This document shows positions 1 to 12,000 of a stretch of DNA of 64,000 bases, in pieces; positions within the stretch are counted from its first letter, which is position 1, and each line of letters opens with the position of its first letter. The translations under genes and the position numbers were made by a program. Under the pieces are notes generated by a model. That model worked only from the letters and a program-made list of their open reading frames with translations, was not told where the DNA came from and ran no database searches. This stretch comes from Entomortierella parvispora E1425 (taxonomy: Eukaryota > Fungi > Mortierellomycota). The stretch spans positions 1,612,001-1,676,000 of the forward strand of contig BQFW01000009.1 in NCBI GenBank assembly GCA_020891255.1. Reading direction: 5' to 3'.

Positions 1-3000
1 GCAATTACATGTACAGTACATGTACCAGAGCCGCAACGATCGAAAAGAAGGGCCAAGGGAGCACAGCCCTTGCCACCAGACCGACAGACACCGGGTCGAG
101 AGAGAGGTCGATCGAACAAGAAAAACAAGCTTTGTCGACTCATTTTTTATTTTTCTTCCTCTGAGACATTTCCGGCCTTCTTTTTTTTCCGCCCGGTTTC
201 GCCTCTTCTTCCTTTCTTGGCGAACGTGGGGCGTGTCCAGCTGTCTGTGTGGCGGGCTGCCTTCTTTCCACAAGGCAGACGACAAGCTCAAGGTGACGGT
301 CGACCCTGGTCCTCGGTTTTGTCTCTCTGTTTCTCGGAAGGCATTTACCCTTCAAGAAGACAGGACGTTTCGGCGGAGGGAAAGGTTCCCTTGAAAAAAA
401 AGAGAGAGTTGGGGAGTAGAGTTTTTCTTTTTTGCCTTTTTCTCTGTGTGAGTCAATGCTGAGAGCGTCCATGGCCCTCGAGTGGTGCCAGCATGAACGA
501 CTGAACTGACCGACTCTTCGACCGACCAGCAGTTTGTTTATAAAAAGCAAACATAGAGTTAATTGAGGGAGTCAGGCAAAAAAAAAAAAAAAAAAAAAAA
601 CGAATGGTGAGGGTTCAAACGTGGACACACCCAAGGGTTCGAGAGCGATGTCAAGATGGAAGGGATCGCGACCTTCTCTTCTATTTTCTACCCTTTGTTT
701 CGATGCTCTCAGGGTGGAAAAAATTCCTATTCGTTCCCTATGTCGATACCAAGACCCGAGAAGGTGGATCATTGGAACACGTCGAGACCACAACTTCCCT
801 CTTCTCCAGCAGCTCACTTTCCTTTTACTGCCATGCACCCCCTGTTGCTGGTCAAACGAGCATGAAAAGATTCCGCCGACGACCCACCGTTCCCCTCAAT
901 TGCCATTTGGACAAACAACAACCATCCACAAACAACAAGAATTTGAGTGGTGGCACAAATCTGTACGATCGAGAATCCCAGCGTGACCACACAAAAGAAA
1001 GAAAAAAACGGCGAAAACTCTCTTGCTCACTCTTTTTACCCCAAGGTGCTCTGACTCCTTGACCTTGTTACAGGCGCGGGCAAAAGACTAGGAAAAAAAG
1101 AATGCCGGTTTTTTTTTGTATTTTGCTCTTTCAAAAGATGGGGGCGATGGGAACACAAACAAAGGCCGCAGGATTGAGCGGTGGTTCTTGGAGTTTTTCC
1201 CGACAAGAGTATCATGCCTCAAGGCCCTGCCACTACCTCGTACACTCATCTCTGTTCTTTCCATTCTAGACAAGTCAGAGGCTCAGCGATTCCGCTCGGA
1301 CCGAGTTCGCGTGCATCAAATGGGCAAAGTAAAAAAACCTCTGCTGGGGAACGAACAACCCATGTCGTCAACACCGCAAGTGAAACCACCATTTTTGGGA
1401 TGTACATGTTCTCTCGTCTATTCTGGTTCCGCGCTTCGCATTGCATGGATTCATTTTTTTTTCCAACCGACCCAGTTCCAACCCAGCTTGTCCTGTCCCC
1501 CCCAAGGGGAAGGATCAAAACACAAATGCATGTTGAAATTTGCGTCCACTCAATATAACTTACTTTGTGCCTTTGCCACAAGAGAACACACGACCCTAGG
1601 CAAAGCATCTATCCGCCCTTGGATGGGTCCTGGGTTTTTCTATGCACCATTCTCTTTCTTTTTTTTTTTTTGTTCGCACATGCTTTTTTGACACGCTGCA
1701 AATTCTTTGGGTAGGCGGTGTGTGGCTTTGCATATGGAGTGCAGCATGGACACTGGAAGCGTGGCAAGTCCATAGATCTTGCCTCAGCAATGCAGGTCGG
1801 GAAAAAAAAAGAGAGATCGGGGTCCTCTTTACCCCCTTCTATTTGTTCGATCATGGACCTGCGATCCGTTTGCCTACATACCTTTCTTTTGGATTTTTGT
1901 AGGGTAGAGTGGTTCCAAGACGCGAGGACCCGAGTTTGATGCTCCATATCGATTGTCACAGATAAAAAAGATGCAGAAAACAAGGGGGAGCAAGACCCAA
2001 ATGACGAGTTTTCCACACACGCAAAAAACAAAAACATACTTGGCAAAAAGTCCGATGGATAGGACACGCGATAGCGCGGTCCTGATTCTGGTTATCTTAG
2101 AGAATAACACAGCACAAGTCATTGAAGATCCGCCAGAGGAGTGAAGGTGGAGTAAGGAGGGGCTAGGACGACCACACTGATACCCAAACACAAACCTCTT
2201 CATGCAACATGAACCACGGACAAAAAAGTACCTAGAGTCGTGTTCGGGTTTGAACTAATCTTTTGTAGCTTCCCGAAAAGAGCACCACATCCCAACAAGT
2301 GTTGCATTTTTTTCTTCCCTCGTTGTCTTCTCTCGCATTCTCGTTGCATGGGTAAGGAAGGGGTTTTGTGGACAAGTGGAGTGGAGCCCTTCTTTCTTTT
2401 GGCGATGAAACAGGAACATGGTCCATGTACACGTTCAGGTACAGTACGAAGGGCCAGGAACGAACAAACTTTTTTTTGGCATGGAGGTGAAAAATGCAGT
2501 AACAGTGTGGCCATCCGAAAAGGAACAACAAACAACATGGTCGCGTTCATCCTAGACTTCAAAGGCAGAGGAAGGGGAAGATAGCGGTGCAAAGAGAAGA
2601 GAAAAAAATGCAATGCAATGCAACTGTCGAAACCCCCTTCTCCCCCTTCTCTTCTTTCCTCTTCCATCCCCCCCTTCTTGCTGTCTCCTTGATCCCTGTC
2701 TCGCAACCAGTTTTCTATCCCCCCCTTTCATTCTCTTCCATTCTTTCAGTCGCGAACCTGCGTGTCGTTTCTTTTTCGTGGGACTTTATCTTTGGATTGT
2801 ACTGTATGCTACACTTGAACGTGGACGTACTGTACTGCAACATGTACACTTGAACCTGGTGTGGTTCATTTGTTCTTTCATAAATGAGAAAAAAAGAGGA
2901 CCAGATCTCCAATTGCATGAACGGGACCGAAGTGCAGATAAACAAACAAAAGAAGGAGGTGCCACTGCACTGCACTCTGCTCTTTGAAGGACACAAAGAC

Positions 3001-3124
3001 TAAAAATGAAAAAAAAAGCACCGGTCAAGTCCAAAGCGAGAAATGAACTGATGAGGATGAGAATGAAAAAAGAGCTCGCGTCTGTCTTTCTGTGTGTATG
3101 TATGTCTGTCTCTCTGTCTGTGAG

Positions 3125-3152
3125 TATGTATGTATGTATGTATGTATGTATG
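3125..3152. repeat. (TATG)7 microsatellite
   Basis: Seven perfect TATG units read directly from the sequence, in non-coding DNA. Confidence 0.9.
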
Positions 3153-6100
3153 TGAGGCATCTTTGAAGGGAGGTGATGTGGGTAGACATGCCTTGACCTT
3201 TTTTTTTTTTTTTTTTTTTTTTTCCTCCCGGGGCTCCCCTCCCTTCTTTGGGAGGGATCGCCTTTTTGGTCAATGTTCCTTTTCTGGTAGAAGAGCTTTC
3301 ATTGTTTGACGTTGACCTTTTGGGGATCTACTTGCCTTTGTCGGGTTGGGCCTAGGACGACGTGAATGTTTAGCCAAGACACAATCTCATGATTCATCTG
3401 CTGCTGTCAACAAAAAGGGCAGCCGGTCGCCCCGAGAACCTACTAGAACAAGGTGCTACGTGTCGCTGCTGAGCCTTCTGACCGAGGAGGGGGGGGAGGC
3501 AAGAGCTGAGCGGCGGATCGGACCGACAAGGTTCAGATTATTTTTCGGTATGACTCCACTTGAATACAAAAGCAGCAAGAGCCAAAGAGGGGGATCCACA
3601 CGGGCTAATCTCTTGAAAAGGAAATATGAGGGATGGGGGGGGGGGGGTAAACCCATCCACGCGAAGTCCCGCCCAAGAGAGCGAGCAGGGCTTGCTTGAA
3701 AACCCTCACGAGGTTTTTAGTCAAGAAGAACAGCCTCTATGGGAGAACAAAAACCCAGCAAGAAGTCAATTGAAGACAAAAGAGGGATTTTTTTTTATTG
3801 TCGCTGAGCAATTTGCCGCGGCTGATTTCCTACCGGGCCGTGCCACCAGCAGAAAAAACGAAATCGTGACAAAACGGACTCTCTCCTTTTCAGCGTGTCT
3901 ACAGCTTCAGTTGCCACGCTGTTGGGGACTGGAACCAGATTACGCTCCGTGCGCCGGGAGAGAAAAGAGTCCGGCCGGTCGGAGACCTTTGGAATGAGTG
4001 GAGTTGGCTTATCCTAATGTATCTCTTTCCCTTCCGGCCAAGAGGCCATTCACGGATGTAATCAAAGAGGAGACTCAATCGCTGCTGCTGAGAGGTGCAA
4101 AGTAAAAAAATAAAAAAAATTGAAGGGTAAAGACGAGGCGGCTTGATTGGGGCCGCAAAAGGCGAAAATTCCAGGGGCGAAAAATAGGGTTTGCCACGTT
4201 TTTTTGTTGGTGTGTTTTTAGCATCTGAAGATGGGCCGGTGGGTTGTTGGGTGAGGAAGGGATGTCGGGTAAGGGTCGAACGACCGACCGACCGACCGCC
4301 AGGCTGACTGACTCGAATGGACCTGGGCGGAGCGATAAACGATTAGAAAGGTTATTTTTTTTTTGATGTCCAGCCTCTTTGCCTCGCCTGCCTGCGGATC
4401 CATCCAAAGAAGGCCGTGCCTCATTCTCCGTCAATTGCTCTCGTGAAAAATTCGCTCCATTCAACAAGGGTCAAGACTCAAGAAGGCAAATATTTCAAGT
4501 GGCAATTCAAGTTGACTCGACGGTCCGACAGACACACACAGTCGAGAGTCGGCAGATGAGAAAAGGACGGGCCTGACTGGAATCAGCGACGAGTTCTCTC
4601 TCCTCTCTGTCTTTCGTGATCGATCCACTTGATCCACTTTGCGCGAAAGGAAAAGTTGTTTGTTGCTGAGCATTGATTTTCTCCTTCGGCAATTGGTGTT
4701 TCCTTCCCCCTTCATCTTTGATCTCGCTCTCTCATTCTCTGTTCTCTGTATGTTTTTCTCCGCTCTTCTCGTTCTACTTGTTCTACTCCTTGGCTCCTCA
4801 AAAAGATGGAGGAAAAGAGAACTATGCAATCGTGGAGAAAAAGAACCAACAAGAGACGAAAAATTAAAAAAGATCTGTCCAGCCGCAGGTGCGATCCATG
4901 CATGCTGCAAGGAGGCACATCCAAGGAGGAAAGAGCCAAGAGAAGATAGAAAAAATGAGAGAGAAAGAGCGCCAGAGAGGGCTGCAGTATGTCGTGGTGC
5001 ACTGTGAGATTATCTATGTTACATGTATCTCCCCAAAAAACAAACAAAAGATCGCGCAGGACATGACACTAGACTGTGGAGGATCTCTGGGTCTCTTACA
5101 ATCTAGGACCGGACCGGACCATAAAGGGGGGTAGGAGAGGCCATGCTGGATTGACAGAGATACGAAAAAAGGGTGAGAAGAGAGTTCCAGGTCCGTAGTT
5201 CTTCTCCATCTCTTCTGTGCATGCTATTGTTTGCTGAGTGATGACTCTGGCCTGACCTCATGTAGCTGCTAGGATACCTCTCTCTCCCTCGCTTTTTTTC
5301 ATCCCCCTTGTTTTCGATGTCCGTGATTGATATGGTCTTTGTTCCTCCCTCTTCTCATGGAGTTGACAAATCAACACTGAAAGTTTAAAAAATAACATCC
5401 AAGGTACACACCAGCCCACCCATGCCCACAAACAATCACCAAGCTGTATGTATCTTGCATGCTCACATTCAGCCTCCCCTCCTCGAGGTCAAAGATACAC
5501 GCGGACTCTGAGGCCATTGATCTCCGCGTCAAAAAAAATAAAAAATAAAAACAAAAACCTGAAAAGTGAGGGAAGAGCCAAGAATGACGGACAAGTTGTT
5601 AAAAAAAAAAATAGAGAAGAGAGAGAGCTTTGCCTCCTCTTCTGCTTTCTTTCACCCCCTTGAGCCTCACCTCGTGGCAAGACCGAGACGAGAATGCTCC
5701 GACAGTGCATCCAAACTCCCCTTTTTTCACCTTGGAGAGCTTGGACTGAACAACTTTCAAAAAAAAGCACATGGTACGAGCTAGAGCGTATGTTGAGAGG
5801 TGACCTCGTGGCAGGACTGACTGCATGGACATGTACATGTACATACACAGCCAGTATTGCTGATCTCTCTTCTTCCCAAAGTCCCCTCCCTCTTTTCTTT
5901 GTTGGGTTCAAAAAGAAAGAAAGCAATAGAGAATAGAGTACATGAACCTGCTTAGTTCTGTCCTTGTCAAAATAAAAAGTAGAGGAGACAGAGCAGATCA
6001 GGACCAGATGACCCAAACTCCTTGCAGAATGAAGAAAAAAAAAAAGGTCAAGTGCATGCATCCAGAGCAGAATTCGCACGCTTTCTTTATTTCCTCTTGC

Positions 6101-8354
6101 ATCGACGCTCTGGGGCTCTGGCACTTTGACTCGATTGCATAGCAACTCCAGCTCTCCCCCCCAGTCAGTCAACCTAGACCCAAGCCCAGCCTAGTCTTCG
6201 TGCAGTGTAGAACCTCGGAGTCCACAGCCCATCGGATGCCTGCATGCAGATACAAAGGCAGGAGGTAAAGTAAACTCTGACTGCAGTGAAAGATGATCTG
6301 CAATGTCAAAACACTTGTCTGGCTCCCCCCACATACCCCTCCTCCTCTTCCTTCATTCTCTTACACTTTTCTTCATGAGAGGTATTTTTTTCCCCTCTCT
6401 CTTTTAGTCGACGTGACACTCCTGTCTGCCGTCATCGTGCTTAATGGGTAACTCCCTTTGTCTGAAGGAAAAAGAAAACAAAAAACGTCTTCATCGTGCA
6501 GTGTTGCACCACCTCAACACCCTGCAGTTGTGTTGTTTTGCTGTTGCTGGTTTTTTTTTTGTTTTTTGCGCGCCACTTCTCTAGTAAACATTTCGGGTTA
6601 GATCGGTTTATCCGTCTTCCATCTGATAGGATGTCCCCTGGAGACTCTCGAAAAAAAAATCCCCGCGCGTTTTCCTGTTTTGAATGGCAGGGTCTTTTTC
6701 CCTTGAGGGAAAACTCGCCCACACAGCACCTCATCCTCCTCCCACGTTTCAGTGAATAAAGATCTTGAAAGAGACGCGCTTTTGTTGATTGTTCACCGGT
6801 ACTTGGTGCGCGTTGTTGATCTAGCTTTGGGAAGGGGAGGGGAAGGGAGTTCTGAGAGAGCAAGGGGGGAAAAAAACAGCACACATGACTCGTGAGCGCC
6901 GAGACTCTGCTGTTGCTATGTAGAGGGGCCACAGGACCGGGATGAAGAAAACTGGCGGCTGTTGGTCGACTTTGTCTTGGCACAATTCTCGAGCCTGGGC
7001 GTAACACGGGTCGCGCGCACAGCGAGTCATCCCATCTCCCCCTTCTTCTCCCCCCTCTTCTCCCCCCTCTCTCCCCAATTGCATACAGGAAATTGGAGAA
7101 CAAGACAAGACGAGAACCCAGACGGCCCATCCGGCCTGGATCCTGTTCGACCCGAGAAAAATCGTGAATATTTAGGCTTGTTACCCATTTTTTTTGTTTC
7201 CACTTTTCCTTGCCTCCCCCTGCGTAGACCATTTTTCTCCTTCTGTCCATCCGAAAGAATAAAAGAAGGGAAAAGAAGAAACAGGGGAAATTTGGCTCGA
7301 AAGGAACGAAAAAAAGAGAAGCAACAAGGGGGATGAGGATTGGCCATTTTTGCAACCACCACCAGAAACAAAACAGCAAAACAACAACGAGGATCAGCAC
7401 CACCACCGCGCGACCACCACCAGCACACACAGCTCCGCACACTCTCGACTATACTCACCTCCCCCTCCCTCTCTCCCATTTTCCTTTTCCTCGGTCTAGC
7501 AATCCCGTCCTTCCTCTGCTACGCGCAATTGGTTCTTTTGCATCGAAACAGCACAACCACAGCACAAACAAAAAAAAAAAAAAAAAAGATTCCGGAACAA
7601 AAAGAGTTTTGCGAGCAAAAAGCGATCCTCATGCCCTACCACACCAACCAAAGGGTGTCAAAAAAACGAGATGGCACGAATGGAACGAGAAGGCCGAAAG
7701 GGTGAGGTTTGATCCCTGGCTTGTACTTTTTGACTCAAAGGGAGGAAGGAGAGGATACACGTTCCGATCGCGCTTCTCGACATAGGAATGACATTCAATT
7801 GACTATATAACTTGGACTACACTTGTCCACAGAAAAGATACATTTGGTATATTTTTTTTTTCAATATTGTATTTATTCTTGGATATGATATTGATACTGA
7901 AGAATTGGTATATCAACTTCTCATCCTCACGTTTTGGAGGCGGAAGAAAAAGAAAAAAGAGCAAAGGAAACTCGTATGGAGTCCTTGCAACTATTGGGGA
8001 GCTTTTTTTTTTGTTGTTTTTCAGGCATGAAAATTTTTTTGCCAAGCGAAAAAAAAAAAAAAGGAAGTCTATCCTGAAAGACCTGAAGGTCAACGAGGAG
8101 AATAAGAGGCACTCCAAAGCGATCCTTGTGAATGAACTCGTTCATGGTAAACGAGGAAAGAAGGCAGAGGAGGATAAGAAGCCTCACTGGGTGGGTTTGC
8201 TGGCCGGAGAAGGGGAGAGCAGAAAAAGACTGCGCGGTCGGAAGGTCGAGGGCGCAAAAAAAGAAGAAAAAGACGAAAAAAAGGCACTCTTTTTTTGGTG
8301 TTTGTTGGTTTCTTGTGGGTGGGTTCGTTCAAAGGAGTTGGAGACGAGACCCGT

Positions 8355-9011
8355 TCATCCACCGGATAAGGTAGGGACGTTCTTGAGGGCCTGGTCGATA
8401 GCCATGCGGAGCTTGGGGATGGCAATGGGCTTGGAGACGCAGTCAGCCATGCCGACCTGGCGGTAGAGCTCCTTCTGCTCGTCGTCGTCAGAGGTGGTGA
8501 CGGCGATAATGGGCACATGCTTGTTTTGCTCAAGGATGGCGTGGTCGGGGTCGAGAGAGTCACCGTTGCGGATGGCGGTGGTGGTCTGGACACCCGACAA
8601 GACGGGCATATCAATGTCCATCAAAATCAAGTCGACCTCGTCCCTGCTGAGCTGGTCAAGGGCAGAGACACCCGAGTTCATGACCGAGGTCAACTGGATG
8701 GTGTCGGCAAAGTGCTTGTTGAGGAGTCGAGAGAGGATGCTGAGGTTGATAGCGTTGTCGTCGATGATCATGACTTTGATCTTGCGAGCGGGTTGTTGAA
8801 TAAGAGGCTCCTCAAAATCGCCGTTGATGCTCTCCATGCTCATAGCAGGGGAGGGAGGCGAACTGGGAGGAGTGATCCCAGCGAGAGAAGTAGAGGAAGA
8901 CATGTTCAGGGCCTTTGAAAGGTAGGCAGACGTCTTCTGGGGTGATAGCTGTTCCTGGATTAGACTGGTTGGAGTGGTGGAGCACATTTTTCTGAGGAGG
9001 GAACAGAGCAT
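8355..9011 (-). CDS. Standalone response-regulator receiver (REC) domain protein, 218 aa, intronless
   Basis: ATG at 9011. Ser/Pro-rich N-terminus followed by a complete REC domain: IIDDN acidic pocket, LILMDIDMPVLSG phosphoacceptor Asp, IIAVTT, VSKP Lys. No output domain follows. Confidence 0.9.
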   Translation of the reverse strand: MLCSLLRKMCSTTPTSLIQEQLSPQKTSAYLSKALNMSSSTSLAGITPPSSPPSPAMSMESINGDFEEPLIQQPARKIKVMIIDDNAINLSILSRLLNKHFADTIQLTSVMNSGVSALDQLSRDEVDLILMDIDMPVLSGVQTTTAIRNGDSLDPDHAILEQNKHVPIIAVTTSDDDEQKELYRQVGMADCVSKPIAIPKLRMAIDQALKNVPTLSGG

Positions 9012-12000
9012 GGTCGAGTTGGGCAGAAGAGAAGAGGCGGTGGCTTTCCGTGGGAGAAGAATGGTGAAAAAGCTGAGTGGAGAAGAGTGACGAGTGAAGA
9101 GAGAAGAGAGAGAGGCGTGTGTGTTTCGCGAAAAGGTCAAAGGTGGTGCGAGAAGTGCGAAGTCGATAGAAGTGCAGGTTTGGATGCGATATTGTGGAGT
9201 TGGAGGAGGAGAAAAAGAGAAAAAAGAAAGACGAAAAGGACGGCGGGGGCGCGCCTTTTTATGTCTGCGGTGGCGGGTCCAATTGCTCGGTCGCATCCCT
9301 CAATTCAATCAGGCCTATTCAGTCAAGGTCCAATGGTTAAATTCTCCTTCCGTCCGCAGTTGATTGCGGCCTTGGCTGCAATTGAATTATTGAATTAGTT
9401 TGAATAGAAAAGGCGAATCAATCGTCTTTGTTCCATAAAGTACACCGTCGACTGAGCATGTTTTGAGGCGGAGCACCGTCAATTGACCTTTGCCTTATTG
9501 CCTTTCGTGGTAATTGACGCTCTCGCCATCCTCAATTGCCACCCACTTTGTGTCTTGCTTGCCGTCTGCGCCGCTTGCGCTCAGTCATTTTGGTTTTGCC
9601 TTCAGTTTGCCTTCAATTGCGACTTCCAATCGACCCAGGATCACTCACACGCACCCCATGCCCTTCTCGAGTCTCTTTACTTTGTTCGCTTCCTCGACTT
9701 CTTCGACTTTTCTCCACTGCGAGACTACCATGTTCTTTTTCATTGATGTGCACAGTTTTGGCCGTTTGGTTGTGGTCTTTTCTACTCTGTTACTTCTCTG
9801 CCATGGTGGACCATGACTTCGCTGCGGATGGGTGGAGGAAAAGAGGGGGGAAGAGGCTATGGCTCGATGACAAACTCCCAATTAGTCAGTCTCTCTGGAT
9901 GATCGACGGCGTGTTGCACGTTGTGTGTGTGTAAGAGAGTCTTGATAATGGCTTTGTTTGCTTGTTGGAGCACGTTCCAAGAGCCAAGGAATTGTTGCCC
10001 AGCCAAAGTCTGGTTTTGTTCTTTTTTTTTTCTCCTCGGCATGGCTGTTGACCTTAAATTGTCTGGGCACAGAGACGATGGCCGTATTGTCGCCGTTTCA
10101 AAAAAGGGAACATTATTTATTGACTTAACAACACCGCCCCCCAAGGCCACGAGTCTTTCTTTGCCCAGTCGACTGCTGAAGCGCTCTCCCCACCCCTGGG
10201 ATATTTTTTGACCTGGTCGGCTCTTTTATTTATGCCTCTATTTTTTTTCCCTTTTCGTCGTCGATGAAGAGGAGGAACGTGTCCGGCCCAGCTGCGGCCA
10301 AGAATTTTTTTTTTCTCTCCACACCTTCTTTTTTGTTGTCGTGTTCTTTGCGGAAGGCAAACACGGTCCGAGAGAACGCGAAACGTGGACAAATATAGAT
10401 GCTATTGCGATAGAAAAGGAGGACAATCGAGAGTGTTGTGCTGCGATCGTGTGCCGCTCTGGTCTGGCTGGCTTCCAATGTCTCGTTGTCCGTGCCCTGC
10501 CCCATCCGATCCATCCGTCTGTGCTTTCCACATCGTACTCGCTTCTTTTTCTCCTATTTTCTTTTTGCTTGGCCATTCCTTCTTCCCCGGCTCCCAAGTG
10601 TCTCCTCGGCTTGCGGGGGTCCTTTCAAGGTTTATTTTTTGCCCAAAGACTGTGGCTGGAGATCCCGTCCCGCAAGGGTGATCAACCAAGAGGCCCAGGC
10701 AAAAAAAAAAAAAAGTCTGTGTCCCAGTCCCAGTCCATTCCCAGTCCCAGTTCTCCAATTGACATGGCACAGCACTGTTGATGGGTGAGGGGGAACGAGT
10801 CGTCGAAATTCCAAACAGAAATAGAAATGGGACGCTGAAGGGACAACAACAGGATGCAGCCACCGCGCCGCTTGCGGGGTCGAACCATGGACGATAAAGG
10901 GACATCTTTTTGTGGCTTTTTTTCTTTTTCTTCTAGGAGGAATGGGAACAAAAAGGAAACGGAGGTGGTTGGAGACGAGGTGGGTGACCGATACGAGCGA
11001 GGCGCTGTCTGTTCCATTTGAACAGGCGAGTAGAAAGAAAACAGAAACAGGTATGGAAAGCAGACGTTTTGGCCAACACCGACTTGAACCATAGCCATAG
11101 CGTGGCTGAAGGGTTCAAAGTGGTGGAAGTGGAGGCACACAGAGAGAAACGGTCGACTTGTCATCTATTCCTGTCCCTTTTGTTTTGGCTCTTATTTTTC
11201 CCTTGGCGGCGGCTGTTGGTGACCGATTGTGGAAAAAAAATCAAATCGCCCTTGAGGCAATAAACGACAGGCGTCTCGTGGAGAAAAGCGACACAAGGCA
11301 AGCCCATGGTCAATGGGCTCCAAATAGAAAAACTTGTCGGGGTGGTCAATTGACCTTTTTCTATGCTCAATGGGTATGCCCTATCCGTCCCAAAAGAGGC
11401 TTTGTAGACAAAGGGGAGGGGATCATCTTACGGCACACGACGGTGCACCGTGCAAAGAGCCATGGTACTCTTTTAGAAACAGATCTCACATAATGCATGC
11501 CAATAGGCTCAATGGTGGCCATGTACCGGCGGCGAAAGTTGTTCCTGTTTGCAAAAGAGGTTATCCTTCCTCCCGTGGCCATGTACCTTTGAGGAGGTGG
11601 AAACAAAAAAAAAAAAAAAAGGTAAAAAAAGAAAGGATCTGCGAGACTTTTACCTGGGGTTTGTGCCTGAGACCGTCCAATGGGGCGGCGCTTGAAGCCA
11701 TGTGGACATGTGGACACAGATAATCTCACATCTCTTCGCGCGTCGTGGTTGACGGTCGTTGGTTGGTGGCAGTGTTGTCAGTTACAGTAGCCGCAAGGAA
11801 CCCTGGGCTAAAGAGTACATGTACTTGCTAGATAAGGACAAGTGAATGGCAACTGACCCCACTTTTTGTAAGACTGCAGGCGCAAGACAAAGCTTTAGGC
11901 GAAAAAGTCGCTGACCTGGTTTTTTTCTCCGCAATTCCCTTAATTGACCAGCTTGGGCGCCCTGAACTTGATCCAACGAGCGCTGAGTGGTCCGCCACCC

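Noticed and set aside
5489-7442. Long ORFs of 227 aa (5489-6172) and 333 aa (6441-7442)
   Set aside because: They derive from low-complexity poly-A/T and GA/CT tracts, giving F/K/R/S-rich translations with no motifs or sensible gene structure.
8355-9011. Recent bacterial horizontal transfer of the intronless response regulator
   Set aside because: The receiver motifs resemble fungal phosphorelay receivers, the flanks are typical host non-coding DNA, and there is no operon context. A phylogeny would be needed.
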